From IMG/VR virus record IMGVR_UViG_3300028822_000274, positions 39,714-103,713 of that record: a stretch of 64,000 nt of DNA. One strand, written 5' to 3'. Under the pieces are notes generated by a model, which made no database searches, had not been told where the DNA came from, and worked only from the letters and a program-made list of their open reading frames with translations. Position 1 is the stretch's first letter; each line of letters begins with the position of its first letter. This document shows, piece after piece, positions 56,092-64,000 of the stretch. The translations under genes were made by a program, and so were the position numbers. This DNA is from a virus.

Positions 56092-56400
56092 ATGTCGAAA
56101 TGTAGGGACTGTGATGGGACAGGTGCTTTTTCTTATCCATGCAGGTATTGTGAAGGTTCTGGGAAGATAGAAAAAAGAGATATGGCAGTAGATTGTGGTT
56201 ATTGCTTTGGCTCTGGTATGTTTTACCCACAATTCAAACAAAAGAAAGGGACAAAAATAAAAACATTTAGCCTTCCTTTTGTTGTTTTAAAACTTGGAAA
56301 TGGGAAATCTATCTTTGCGTACAAATGCAAAGCTTGTCGTGGGACCGGAGAGCACAAATCAAATAATTCGCAGGGGAAAAGGAACAGAGATGCAAGCTAG
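56092..56400 (+). CDS. DnaJ-type CxxCxGxG zinc-finger protein
   Basis: Four CxxCxGxG repeats. Confidence 0.8.
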   Translation: MSKCRDCDGTGAFSYPCRYCEGSGKIEKRDMAVDCGYCFGSGMFYPQFKQKKGTKIKTFSLPFVVLKLGNGKSIFAYKCKACRGTGEHKSNNSQGKRNRDAS

Positions 56401-57013
56401 TGATTATCAAACTGGAGTGCTTCAAACAGCATCATGCGACAAAAAGAAAATAACAAATCGCTTTATGGGGTTTGTGGAACCACCACCAAATGAAAACATA
56501 ATCAATCTTCTTCATTCTATTCTTGGCGTTACAAGCGAAGTCGGTGAGCTTTTAGGGGCTGAAACTGATGAGAACGTGATAGAGGAGCTTGGGGACCTTC
56601 TATGGTATACGACGCTTGGAATAGATGCGCTAGGAGAGAAGCTCGCTGTTCCAAGCATAAACTACATGTTTGACAAATATCTTAACAACAATTTTGTCGT
56701 GGATAGGATGTCAAAATTGTTTTGTTTGTCTGCTGAACTTTCTTCTATCTTTAAGGCATTCCTTTTCTACGGTAGAGAGATCAAAAAACAGGATGTTCTT
56801 TCGAAACTCAAAGATGTCTCAGAATTGATATTCGCCATAGGTTACACCTTCTCTCATTCCCCCAGGGCACTGATGGAAAAGAACCAGAAGAAGCTCCTCG
56901 ATAAAGAGAAGGGACGATACAAGTCTGGTTCATTCTCTGAGGATTCAGCGAACGTTCGCGATGTTAATTCCGAGTATGAGGCCATGCGTCTAGTGGAGGG
57001 AAAAGATGACTGA
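56390..57013 (+). CDS. MazG-like NTP pyrophosphohydrolase
   Basis: LG..SEVGEL, EELGDLLWY, N..KL..RY. Confidence 0.8.
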   Translation: MQASDYQTGVLQTASCDKKKITNRFMGFVEPPPNENIINLLHSILGVTSEVGELLGAETDENVIEELGDLLWYTTLGIDALGEKLAVPSINYMFDKYLNNNFVVDRMSKLFCLSAELSSIFKAFLFYGREIKKQDVLSKLKDVSELIFAIGYTFSHSPRALMEKNQKKLLDKEKGRYKSGSFSEDSANVRDVNSEYEAMRLVEGKDD

Positions 57014-57653
57014 GCGTGGTAAATTTGTGGTTGTAGAAGGCCTTGATGGTGCCGGAACAACATCAATAACTGCTGATCTCGTCAGACATTTCGAGGCTCT
57101 AAACAGGCCGTGTGTTTCAAGTAGAGAGCCATACAGCGAAGAGCTGACCCCTACCTTACGGAGATTCATTTCTGGTGAGTTCGAGGATCCGGGCTGGAGA
57201 GCTATGGCCATGCTCTTCTCAGCAGACAGACTCATCCACTGCAACGATTTGGAACAAGTTCTTGCCTCTGGGACGAGTGTGATTTGCGACCGGTACGTCG
57301 GTTCCACCATCGCATACCAAACAGCTTTTGCGCCGGACGAAGAGAAGGAAGAGGCCAAAAAACTGATTGAAGGCCAGCTGTCGAGAGGCATAATAAAACC
57401 GGACTTCACGTTGTTTTTAAAAGCGGATGTGGAAGTCTGTTCTTCTAGGCGTCGTGGTAGTCGCTTCGTCGAGGATTATTACGAGGCCGTCGAGTTCCAA
57501 AAGAAGGTATCAAAAACCTACGAAGAATGGGTTAATAAGAGTTCAATAAACGGTGAGGACCTTATCATTGTTATTGATGCCAACAGGAAGTATGAACTCG
57601 TTCTCCAGGACTGTTTGATTTGTTTTCATGTATTTTTTGGAGGTAAGTTTTAG
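57006..57653 (+). CDS. tmk: Thymidylate kinase
   Basis: F.V.EGLDGAGTT, REP, LF.ADR..H, ICDRY..S..AYQ, PD. Confidence 0.92.
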   Translation: MTERGKFVVVEGLDGAGTTSITADLVRHFEALNRPCVSSREPYSEELTPTLRRFISGEFEDPGWRAMAMLFSADRLIHCNDLEQVLASGTSVICDRYVGSTIAYQTAFAPDEEKEEAKKLIEGQLSRGIIKPDFTLFLKADVEVCSSRRRGSRFVEDYYEAVEFQKKVSKTYEEWVNKSSINGEDLIIVIDANRKYELVLQDCLICFHVFFGGKF

Positions 57654-57889
57654 TGTTACAGAAACCAAAAGAGAGGACAAAAACCAGGCATCGTAGATTT
57701 CCTGACATCGAAAAGAAGCTCTTGGATCACACCATAATTAGGGCTAGGGTGCAGTCAGATGAAGTATCCTTATTCCTAAATTCTGGTGCAGTCATTAAAT
57801 TCTCCCTCCGATCGACAGATGAAGGACCGCTCAATTTTTCATGGTCTTCGTTTGACACCATTAAAACTGACGGCGATTTCAAATCATAA
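57653..57889 (+). CDS. Hypothetical protein
   Basis: GGAGG RBS, GTG start overlapping tmk stop. Confidence 0.55.
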   Translation: MLQKPKERTKTRHRRFPDIEKKLLDHTIIRARVQSDEVSLFLNSGAVIKFSLRSTDEGPLNFSWSSFDTIKTDGDFKS

Positions 57890-58615
57890 AACCCACCCAA
57901 CTAAGATTTTAAAATAGAGATACCAGTAAAGAGACCTAAAAGAGGTCCAAAAACAGAGAACCATACAGAAACCAAAACAACTATTTGGCAGAGGTTGCTT
58001 TAGGTATTTATTAAGAAAACAAACACATAAAAATTATATATAACTTTTATACAAAACAACCACATACATTTATTTTAATTTTTATTTTTTACTAAAACCA
58101 CAGAAGCCAAAACGACTATCTGACAGAGATTGCCTTAGGCATTTCAGGTAATTAAGACTACTTTTTTACGTTTTTTAAACAGAGAACAGATACTAAAAAC
58201 ACAACAGAGAACAGACTATCTACTCAAAACAAATAGTTTAGTTTATATTTTATATGTGTTTTTGTTTTATATTTATTTCTACTAAACATTTTTATTTAAT
58301 TCTTTTATTATGTTTGTTTAAAATTACAAATTACAATCAAACAAATTACATAAAAATAAAATTTTATTTTTCAAAAAATCTACAAATTACAGAAACCAGC
58401 GCGACTATTTGTCAGAGAGCCCTTTAGGGCATGAGATAACAATAGAGACTTCAGTTATAGCCCGCATGTAATACAGAGAACAGAGATCGGCAGGCTGTGT
58501 TGTACACGGAGAACAGAGACTGTTCTTATTAAGACTTCTTATTTTTCTTCTATATACGTACGTCTTTCTTTCTATATAGTGGGGCAAAATTTTCTATCTT
58601 GTTTTCGATTATATG
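57890..58615. repeat. AT-rich gene-free region with degenerate direct repeats (genome terminus or origin candidate)
   Basis: Three ~45-bp copies (57965-58009, 58100-58144, 58389-58432), several ACAGAGAAC(AGA) and AAATTAC motifs. Confidence 0.7.
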
Positions 58616-58643
58616 TTGACAAAACCCATGTGTGTTGTATGCT
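58616..58643 (+). promoter_or_regulatory. Early sigma70-type promoter
   Basis: TTGACA-N16-TATGCT followed by AAAC-rich leader. Confidence 0.8.
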
Positions 58644-58735
58644 CTTAATTGTCGGAACAAAACACAAACGAAACAAAAACGAAAACCCTAACGAAAAGGA
58701 GGTCTGATTTGAAACAAACTACAGAGGGATAAAAT

Positions 58736-58933
58736 ATGAAGATACAATTAGTTGACGGCGCAGAGTACGAACTTGCGTCGAAGTTTGGTGTGTACCTATT
58801 TCAGATGTTTTGTTTTTGGAATGGGTACAAAGCAGAGATGACCCACATAAAGTGGGATAACAAATGGCGTCAAACTTATATAGTTAAGACGACCAGACCC
58901 GATTGGACCGGCGGAATAGTCGGAAGGAGATAA
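58736..58933 (+). CDS. Early hypothetical protein
   Basis: GAGG RBS; first ORF after promoter. Confidence 0.6.
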   Translation: MKIQLVDGAEYELASKFGVYLFQMFCFWNGYKAEMTHIKWDNKWRQTYIVKTTRPDWTGGIVGRR

Positions 58934-58937
58934 CTAA

Positions 58938-59312
58938 GTGGCAAGGCAAACGAAAACCCAAATCAGAAACAAAATGAAGTTGATCCACAGTGTAGACGAG
59001 ATCGCATATCTCAATACACAAGCAGGGTTTTATTTTTTTACACCCGATACGATGCGCTTCTTCGCTGGTAAAGTGTATGATGAGATATGGAAAATCGATA
59101 AGCGAGGAGGAGAACAGAGGGTTCTTTTCCTGTCTTCTGAAAAGAAGAGCTTCACAAATTACGGGCGAAGATACGCGGTTAATGTCTTCGACCCTGCAAC
59201 GAATAGGGTTGAGACACACAGGCGAATGGATTGTCGCTCGCTTGAGCAGGCCCGGAGGCTGGCCAAGGAGATTTTTAAGGCCCAAGAAATCCCAAACAAG
59301 GAAGAGGACTGA
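58938..59312 (+). CDS. Early conserved phage protein
   Basis: N..AG..FF..DTMRFF...V; F.SSE; R.Y.V pattern. Confidence 0.7.
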   Translation: MARQTKTQIRNKMKLIHSVDEIAYLNTQAGFYFFTPDTMRFFAGKVYDEIWKIDKRGGEQRVLFLSSEKKSFTNYGRRYAVNVFDPATNRVETHRRMDCRSLEQARRLAKEIFKAQEIPNKEED

Positions 59313-59321
59313 AAATACAGG

Positions 59322-59349
59322 TTGACAAACTAAACACGTATGATATGCT
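59322..59349 (+). promoter_or_regulatory. Early sigma70-type promoter
   Basis: TTGACA-N16-TATGCT with TG extension. Confidence 0.85.
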
Positions 59350-59394
59350 CTTTGGGTAGTTAAAAACTGAAACGTAAAACGAAAGGCACAAAAA

Positions 59395-59727
59395 ATGAAG
59401 TTTCTCTCGAATGCATTCTCATTGAACATGATTGAGAGTCCCCTTGTTGGCGACAGTTATGGCATCGACGTGCAGAGGCTGTCGCCGGAAGAAACGACAG
59501 ACCTACTTGAGACCACCTACTTCAAGTCCGTTGTAGGTCATGCCGACATTGCAGAGGTCATCTCTAACATTCTCGGGGTTGAGGTTCCATTCAACCGTGA
59601 GAGTGTCAAGGCACGCAAGGGCGATGTTTTAATCATTGCACAATACAGCGGTCCCCGCCTCAGAGAGGGCGCTTGTATGCTTCCGGCAGGCGCTCAAATC
59701 GACTTTTACAGGGTAGAGATCCGATGA
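59395..59727 (+). CDS. DUF1874 / STIV B116-like protein; AcrIII-1-type ring nuclease candidate
   Basis: LSNAFSL.M, S.VGH..IA...S..LG..VP.NR, GD, RL.EG motifs. Confidence 0.85.
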   Translation: MKFLSNAFSLNMIESPLVGDSYGIDVQRLSPEETTDLLETTYFKSVVGHADIAEVISNILGVEVPFNRESVKARKGDVLIIAQYSGPRLREGACMLPAGAQIDFYRVEIR

Positions 59728-59930
59728 AGAGGCTCGATGTGTTTGTCATTTACGACAAAGAGGCGAAAATCTTTTTGACCAATGATGGGGTATCTGAGGA
59801 ATTCGAAGAGGCTCAAAGGTACACTTGTACACAAGCTTGTGATTTGTGTGACTCGTTAGAGGAACAGAGCCCAAAAGATCGCCTTCTAGAAGTCATGCAC
59901 ATAGGGGATTTCAAAAATGGATCCAAATGA
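59724..59930 (+). CDS. Early hypothetical protein
   Basis: ATGA overlap. Confidence 0.6.
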   Translation: MKRLDVFVIYDKEAKIFLTNDGVSEEFEEAQRYTCTQACDLCDSLEEQSPKDRLLEVMHIGDFKNGSK

Positions 59931-60105
59931 AACGTTAAAGAAGCTTCTTCGCATAGCTGGTCAGGTTATGCGAGATGATTCCGAAGAGGACATTTGGTTC
60001 TCGAAACAACAAGCTGCAATCGAGCTTGCAGAGGGAATTTCTGACCTTGATGAATGGTTAGCAAAAGGCGGATTCCTGCCGGAAAGATGGTCGGAGTCAA
60101 GATGA
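59917..60105 (+). CDS. Small conserved phage protein
   Basis: MDPN.TL...LDEWL.KGGFLP..W. Confidence 0.75.
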   Translation: MDPNETLKKLLRIAGQVMRDDSEEDIWFSKQQAAIELAEGISDLDEWLAKGGFLPERWSESR

Positions 60106-60431
60106 AAAACGAAAAACAAGAACCGTTGACAAAGCAAGAGATCGAAGACGCCAAACACAGGGCTGAGGATATGGCCAGAGAGATCGCCACAGACGTTGCT
60201 AAGATGTTCTACCGTAACAAATGGGGATGGGCAGGGGAGATACCCAGTGCCAGGGGGATAGAAATTACCTTCCTCACCTTAATCCATTCTATCAAGGCGG
60301 AGGAATATGCGGGCATAGATCAATGCGCGTGCGTATCCAGCGGGAGACTTCAGTTTCGGATCACAAAATATCGGTCTTGTGTCCATTCCGTTGTCGAAGT
60401 GGTTCCACTTTGGAGGCGAATCTCAAGATGA
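60102..60431 (+). CDS. Early hypothetical protein
   Basis: ATGA overlap, GGAG RBS. Confidence 0.65.
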   Translation: MKNEKQEPLTKQEIEDAKHRAEDMAREIATDVAKMFYRNKWGWAGEIPSARGIEITFLTLIHSIKAEEYAGIDQCACVSSGRLQFRITKYRSCVHSVVEVVPLWRRISR

Positions 60432-60727
60432 AGTGGCCTGAAAAGATAATTGTCGAGGCATGGGAAGACTTCGTTGGTGTGAAGGTGCGTCCGATTTCTG
60501 CCAAGTATGCAAATGTGTTTGCTGAACATGTTTCTAAATTCACTGGGCGCAGGACGCTTGAAGTGTATTTTCAGGAGCATTTTGGTAATATGTTTATTGA
60601 TGATTTTGTTCCCAAAAATAAAAGAGATCTAATAAAAAGCGGTCCTGTAAGATTTCTTATCGACCCCTGGATTGTAGGGACATGGTATGGGTACGATGCT
60701 CATACTATCGTCGAGTCTTGGGAGTAG
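60428..60727 (+). CDS. Early hypothetical protein
   Basis: ATGA overlap, GGAGG RBS. Confidence 0.65.
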   Translation: MKWPEKIIVEAWEDFVGVKVRPISAKYANVFAEHVSKFTGRRTLEVYFQEHFGNMFIDDFVPKNKRDLIKSGPVRFLIDPWIVGTWYGYDAHTIVESWE

Positions 60728-60729
60728 AG

Positions 60730-61404
60730 ATGATAGTCACAACAGAGATCTCAAAGAATAAAAAGACTGGTCTCGCGGCAGTAACCTATGCACCTATTCA
60801 GACGTGTCCTAGGGACTGCCCGTTTATCGACAAGGGTTGTTATGCCAAGTATGGGCCGCTTGGCATGATTACCAAGAGGATTGAATCCAAGGACACGAAG
60901 AAAGTGCTTGCCGAGGAAGAGGCCGAAAAGATTCGTGCAATGTCTGGGAGGCTTCCGCTGCGGCTCCATATCGTAGGAGATTGCTCGACAGCAGAGGCTG
61001 CCCGCATTGTTTCCAGTGCGGCAGAGGACTATGCGAAGATGTTCGACCAGCCGGTCTGGACATACACTCACGCATGGAAGAGAGTCCCGCGAGAGGATTG
61101 GGGTAATGTTTCTGTGCTGGCTTCTTGCGAGACCTTGGAAGAGGTCGAAAAGGCGTACTTGAGAGGATATGCTGCCGCTATCGTCTCGGACGTGACGGAG
61201 CGAACAAAGCAAGGTGCCTTCTATGTGGTGCCTTGCATGAATCAAGCGGACAAAAAAACAAAGTGCGTTGATTGTGGCTTGTGTTTCAATGACAAGCTGC
61301 TTCGTCGCTCTTGGACGGTTGTATCCTTTGCGCCTCACGGGACATGCAAAAAGGATGTTTCTCGGATTGTAGCGGAGAAAAACGGCGAGGAGGCCCAACG
61401 ATGA
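60730..61404 (+). CDS. GP88-like Cys-rich phage protein
   Basis: N.KTG, TCP..CP....CYA, RLH..GD, WTYTH, C......C..C.LC, HG. Confidence 0.7.
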   Translation: MIVTTEISKNKKTGLAAVTYAPIQTCPRDCPFIDKGCYAKYGPLGMITKRIESKDTKKVLAEEEAEKIRAMSGRLPLRLHIVGDCSTAEAARIVSSAAEDYAKMFDQPVWTYTHAWKRVPREDWGNVSVLASCETLEEVEKAYLRGYAAAIVSDVTERTKQGAFYVVPCMNQADKKTKCVDCGLCFNDKLLRRSWTVVSFAPHGTCKKDVSRIVAEKNGEEAQR

Positions 61405-61595
61405 AATGCGAGCATAAAAACACAAGAACAAGAACAACATGCTTTCTATGTTGTGTTTCTCCTGAGGACTGTAACGAGGCTGCGCATGGCAATATTCAAG
61501 AAATTGAAATCTGTGATTGTGGCGCAGAGAGGACTACAAACATAAATGGTTGTCATGTTGAGACTTCTGAATGGAGGTTCACAGATGACTTTTAA
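61401..61595 (+). CDS. Small Cys/His-rich protein
   Basis: C.H...AAHGNI...E.C.CGA.R..N.NG.H.E. Confidence 0.7.
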   Translation: MKCEHKNTRTRTTCFLCCVSPEDCNEAAHGNIQEIEICDCGAERTTNINGCHVETSEWRFTDDF

Positions 61596-61665
61596 ATGCC
61601 CAAAATGCGGATCGATGGATACAGATGTCGACGGAGTCTCTCCCGAAAGAGAGGCCGCACTATGA
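61585..61665 (+). CDS. 26-aa CPKCG micro-ORF (possibly truncated)
   Basis: GGAGG RBS; MTFKCPKCGSMDTDVDGVSPEREAAL*; ATGA-coupled to next gene. Confidence 0.4.
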   Translation: MTFKCPKCGSMDTDVDGVSPEREAAL

Positions 61666-61853
61666 GTAAAAGAAAAGGGTCATATTTTCTAGACGAGAGA
61701 GATCTACCCGATTACAAATTCGGGAAGACAAAGAGACCAGGATGCAAGTGTGATTATAACTTTACCTGTCGCGTATGCTTAGAATATGCGGCAACAAGAG
61801 ACCGACTCGAAAGAAGTAAAACGAATCGCGAGAAAGAAGCAGCTAATGTATAA
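61662..61853 (+). CDS. Small Zn-finger-like protein
   Basis: CKC....TC..CL. Confidence 0.6.
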   Translation: MSKRKGSYFLDERDLPDYKFGKTKRPGCKCDYNFTCRVCLEYAATRDRLERSKTNREKEAANV

Positions 61854-62023
61854 CGAAATAGACTGGTGAGGCTGACTTGTGTTACATGCATGAAATATTG
61901 CCTCGAATGAAAAACATGGACGAATTCGAAAAGCTAGTCCAAAAGAGACCTCATTTGTATGAGCGGTATCGCAAGTTAACAGAAAGACATTTCGAGCAAA
62001 GAGGTTCACAATGTATGCAATAA
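61846..62023 (+). pseudogene. Apparently +1 frameshifted small gene
   Basis: MYNEIDW* continues as EADLCYMHEILPRMK... if one base at about 61867 is skipped. Confidence 0.4.
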
Positions 62024-62324
62024 GACTGCTAAATTGTGGCCTACGATGGTTTTGTGAAGATCTTGGAAGCGTATCAAAAAATGTAGGACACTATATAAAA
62101 GCTTAACGGATATTCCAGAAATAGTTTACGGCTTTAAGGTTTATAGCTACGGTTCGCACGATGAAACAAAGCCAAACGTATTTTTGTTTGAGGGCGAAGA
62201 GTGCCGTGGTTTCGTTGTTTATGTTTCCGAAGAAGAAGAGAAAACAAGGAGAGAGCGAAGAGCAAAGAGGCTGCGATATATTCAATACTTAAAACTGAAA
62301 AAAGAATTTGACAAACCTGATTAG
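62011..62324 (+). pseudogene. Apparently -1 frameshifted gene (~104 aa)
   Basis: GAGG RBS plus ATG 62011; frame stops at 62106, but the -1 frame is open 62058-62324 across the A6 run 62076-62081. Confidence 0.55.
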
Positions 62325-62336
62325 TCGATATATGCT
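62308..62336 (+). promoter_or_regulatory. Early sigma70-type promoter
   Basis: TTGACA-N17-TATGCT followed by AAAC-rich leader. Confidence 0.8.
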
Positions 62337-62380
62337 TTTACTTGTCAGCACGAAAACAAACGAAAACGAAAGGCAAGAAA

Positions 62381-62929
62381 ATGAAAAAATTTTATTGGCT
62401 CAAAGAGATTCCCACGACATTGATAGACTGTATCAACCGATATGCGCTGGCCACCGGGACAGCCCAGAGGGCTATGTATGGTGCAAATGCGGAGTACAAT
62501 GGACACAGAGTGTCCATTCACAAGCTTGTCTGGGGCGATTGGTGTGCAAGTTATATTTGGTCTGGAAATAATGTTATTGCCAGGGGAGAATTCCAAACTT
62601 GTGTAGATTCGGCAAAGCGTTACTACGAAAGAGGCCATAAGGGTGCTTCCGTCAAAGTAACGCTATATTCTGGTGATACACTCTCAAAAGAACAAATCGA
62701 GATCCTTAAAAAAGCCGGTTTCGAAGAGACAGACGAAGAAGGTGTTGCGAGATACAAGGAAGAGACCTTCCCTCAATACGATCTCCAAAAAGAGGTTCCG
62801 AATGCTTTTTGGTACAGAGAGAGATTTGGATCGAACTTCGGTCCCGATCTTCTTCTTAAATCGAAAAATATAGCCGAATACAAAGTGAAGGTCGAAGAGG
62901 CCATGAACGCTCGTTTGAACAGACGTTAA
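62381..62929 (+). CDS. Early hypothetical protein
   Basis: First ATG after promoter and leader. Confidence 0.7.
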   Translation: MKKFYWLKEIPTTLIDCINRYALATGTAQRAMYGANAEYNGHRVSIHKLVWGDWCASYIWSGNNVIARGEFQTCVDSAKRYYERGHKGASVKVTLYSGDTLSKEQIEILKKAGFEETDEEGVARYKEETFPQYDLQKEVPNAFWYRERFGSNFGPDLLLKSKNIAEYKVKVEEAMNARLNRR

Positions 62930-62940
62930 GAGGTTTTAAA

Positions 62941-63129
62941 ATGGAACCAAAAATAAAAACAAACATGAACAACACAATACACAAAGACGGCACAATTTCG
63001 TTTTGGTGTATCCACACCCAAACATGGAGAAGACAAAAATTAGAAAATCTGTCTTTCGAAACCCTGTCTTCTTTCAACGAAGAAGAGAGGACAAAAATAG
63101 ACAAAGCGATAGACCGACTAGAAAGATAA
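62941..63129 (+). CDS. Early hypothetical protein
   Basis: GAGG RBS. Confidence 0.6.
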   Translation: MEPKIKTNMNNTIHKDGTISFWCIHTQTWRRQKLENLSFETLSSFNEEERTKIDKAIDRLER

Positions 63130-63135
63130 GGTTTT

Positions 63136-63306
63136 ATGATGACAAAAGAAGAGGCCAAAGAATACATAAGGAGCTGCGAAGAGGACGACGGGCCTGAGAC
63201 AACGGAAGAGGCCCATGAAATTTTCGAGGCAATCTTTGGCATTAAGCCAGAACCAGAGATGTCTCATTTTGACGCTTGGTCGCATTCTTGTGCGGCGGTA
63301 GATTGA
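63136..63306 (+). CDS. Small acidic protein (56 aa, not in ORF track)
   Basis: MMTKEEAKEYIRS...AWSHSCAAVD*; fills gap. Confidence 0.6.
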   Translation: MMTKEEAKEYIRSCEEDDGPETTEEAHEIFEAIFGIKPEPEMSHFDAWSHSCAAVD

Positions 63307-63318
63307 GAGGGTATTACT

Positions 63319-63552
63319 ATGACGAAGTCAGAAAACTTTGTCACGTTTTTTAAACACAGCATGAATGATGAAAGATGGTTAAGAGGCTTACCCAATGCAG
63401 AGAAACAGTCAAGATGGCCTTGGTCGCATTGGGGGGCTTCACCATATCTGAATATCATTAACCGGGATGCTAATGGCTTTGTTGTCATTTTTGAGGACGG
63501 TTCGAAGGCACAATGGGATAATACTACACGTGCATGGAGCGTTCAGTATTAA
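63319..63552 (+). CDS. Early hypothetical protein
   Basis: GAGG RBS. Confidence 0.6.
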   Translation: MTKSENFVTFFKHSMNDERWLRGLPNAEKQSRWPWSHWGASPYLNIINRDANGFVVIFEDGSKAQWDNTTRAWSVQY

Positions 63553-63581
63553 CCCCAACATATCAAGAGGGAGAAACGAAA

Positions 63582-64000
63582 ATGATTAATAGAACAGCAG
63601 AGACCATCTATCGAATGTTAACAGAAAAAGTCGATTCTGCTCTTTGTGACTCAGGAGAGGCTCTTGGGTATCAATTTCAAACGCACCGAAACAAAAACCC
63701 GCAAGAAAAGCCGGAGGCCAAATGGACGGGATTTGAGCTTTGTGTTGAGACATCTCTTTATCACTTCCTTCTAGAGAACCTCGAGTACGACGAAGCGCAG
63801 AATAATACCTTGAGAGCCTTCTTGGCATCGAATCCTTCGATAGAAGATCCTGGAGAGATCATCGAAGAATTCATGGACGAAGTTGAGAGCATTGGTTTTC
63901 TCACTCGTTCTGGTTCTGAAAAGACGAATGGACCGCATGAGATAATCAACACGTACAACGTAATGTCTTGTGTTGATCAAACAATAATGTTTGGTCTTTA
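63582..64000 (+). CDS. 3'-truncated phage protein
   Basis: MINRTAETIYRMLTE..DSG..SLYHFL..NTYN; open to window end; GAGGGAG RBS. Confidence 0.7.
   Translation, partial: MINRTAETIYRMLTEKVDSALCDSGEALGYQFQTHRNKNPQEKPEAKWTGFELCVETSLYHFLLENLEYDEAQNNTLRAFLASNPSIEDPGEIIEEFMDEVESIGFLTRSGSEKTNGPHEIINTYNVMSCVDQTIMFGL

Noticed and set aside
57965-58432. 45-bp repeats as a CRISPR array
   Set aside because: Only three degenerate copies with irregular, low-complexity AT spacers of about 90 and 245 bp; no cas1/cas2
1-64000. Minus-strand ORFs in the track (e.g. 2859..3596, 22609..23220, 43339..43956, 60751..61440)
   Set aside because: They are shadows of well-supported, tightly packed + strand genes and have no recognisable motifs
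1-64000. Stop-codon reassignment
   Set aside because: Genes are full length and densely packed in code 11, using TAA, TAG and TGA stops

Overview
This is a 64-kb segment of a large, contractile-tailed (myovirus-like) dsDNA phage. Essentially all credible genes are on the + strand in standard code 11. Layout: (1) 1-22.4 kb, baseplate, tail-fibre and virion genes with an eCIS-like baseplate set (gp25-like, baseplate J-like, DUF6519-like) and a holin/spanin-like cassette; (2) 22.5-43.8 kb, replication and recombination (HTH initiator, DnaC/IstB-like loader, DnaB, primase, SSB, family-A polymerase, SF2 helicase, RecA, resolvases, ligase, ParB, Cas4-like nuclease, SpoVS) plus a tRNA-like structured RNA; (3) 43.8-53.9 kb, a tightly coupled operon joining a preQ0 (7-deazaguanine) pathway (queD, queE, folE, queC) and a DpdA/TGT-like base-exchange enzyme to a radical SAM enzyme, a HAD phosphatase, four glycosyltransferases and a NodB-type deacetylase. 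This is the best candidate for a new system, namely glycosylated or otherwise hypermodified 7-deazaguanine DNA; (4) 54-57.9 kb, MT-A70 methylase, MazG-like protein and dTMP kinase; (5) an AT-rich, repeat-bearing gene-free gap (terminus or origin?), then small early genes behind strong sigma70-type promoters, including a DUF1874/AcrIII-1-like ring-nuclease anti-CRISPR. All family calls come from motif recognition by eye; no database search was run.
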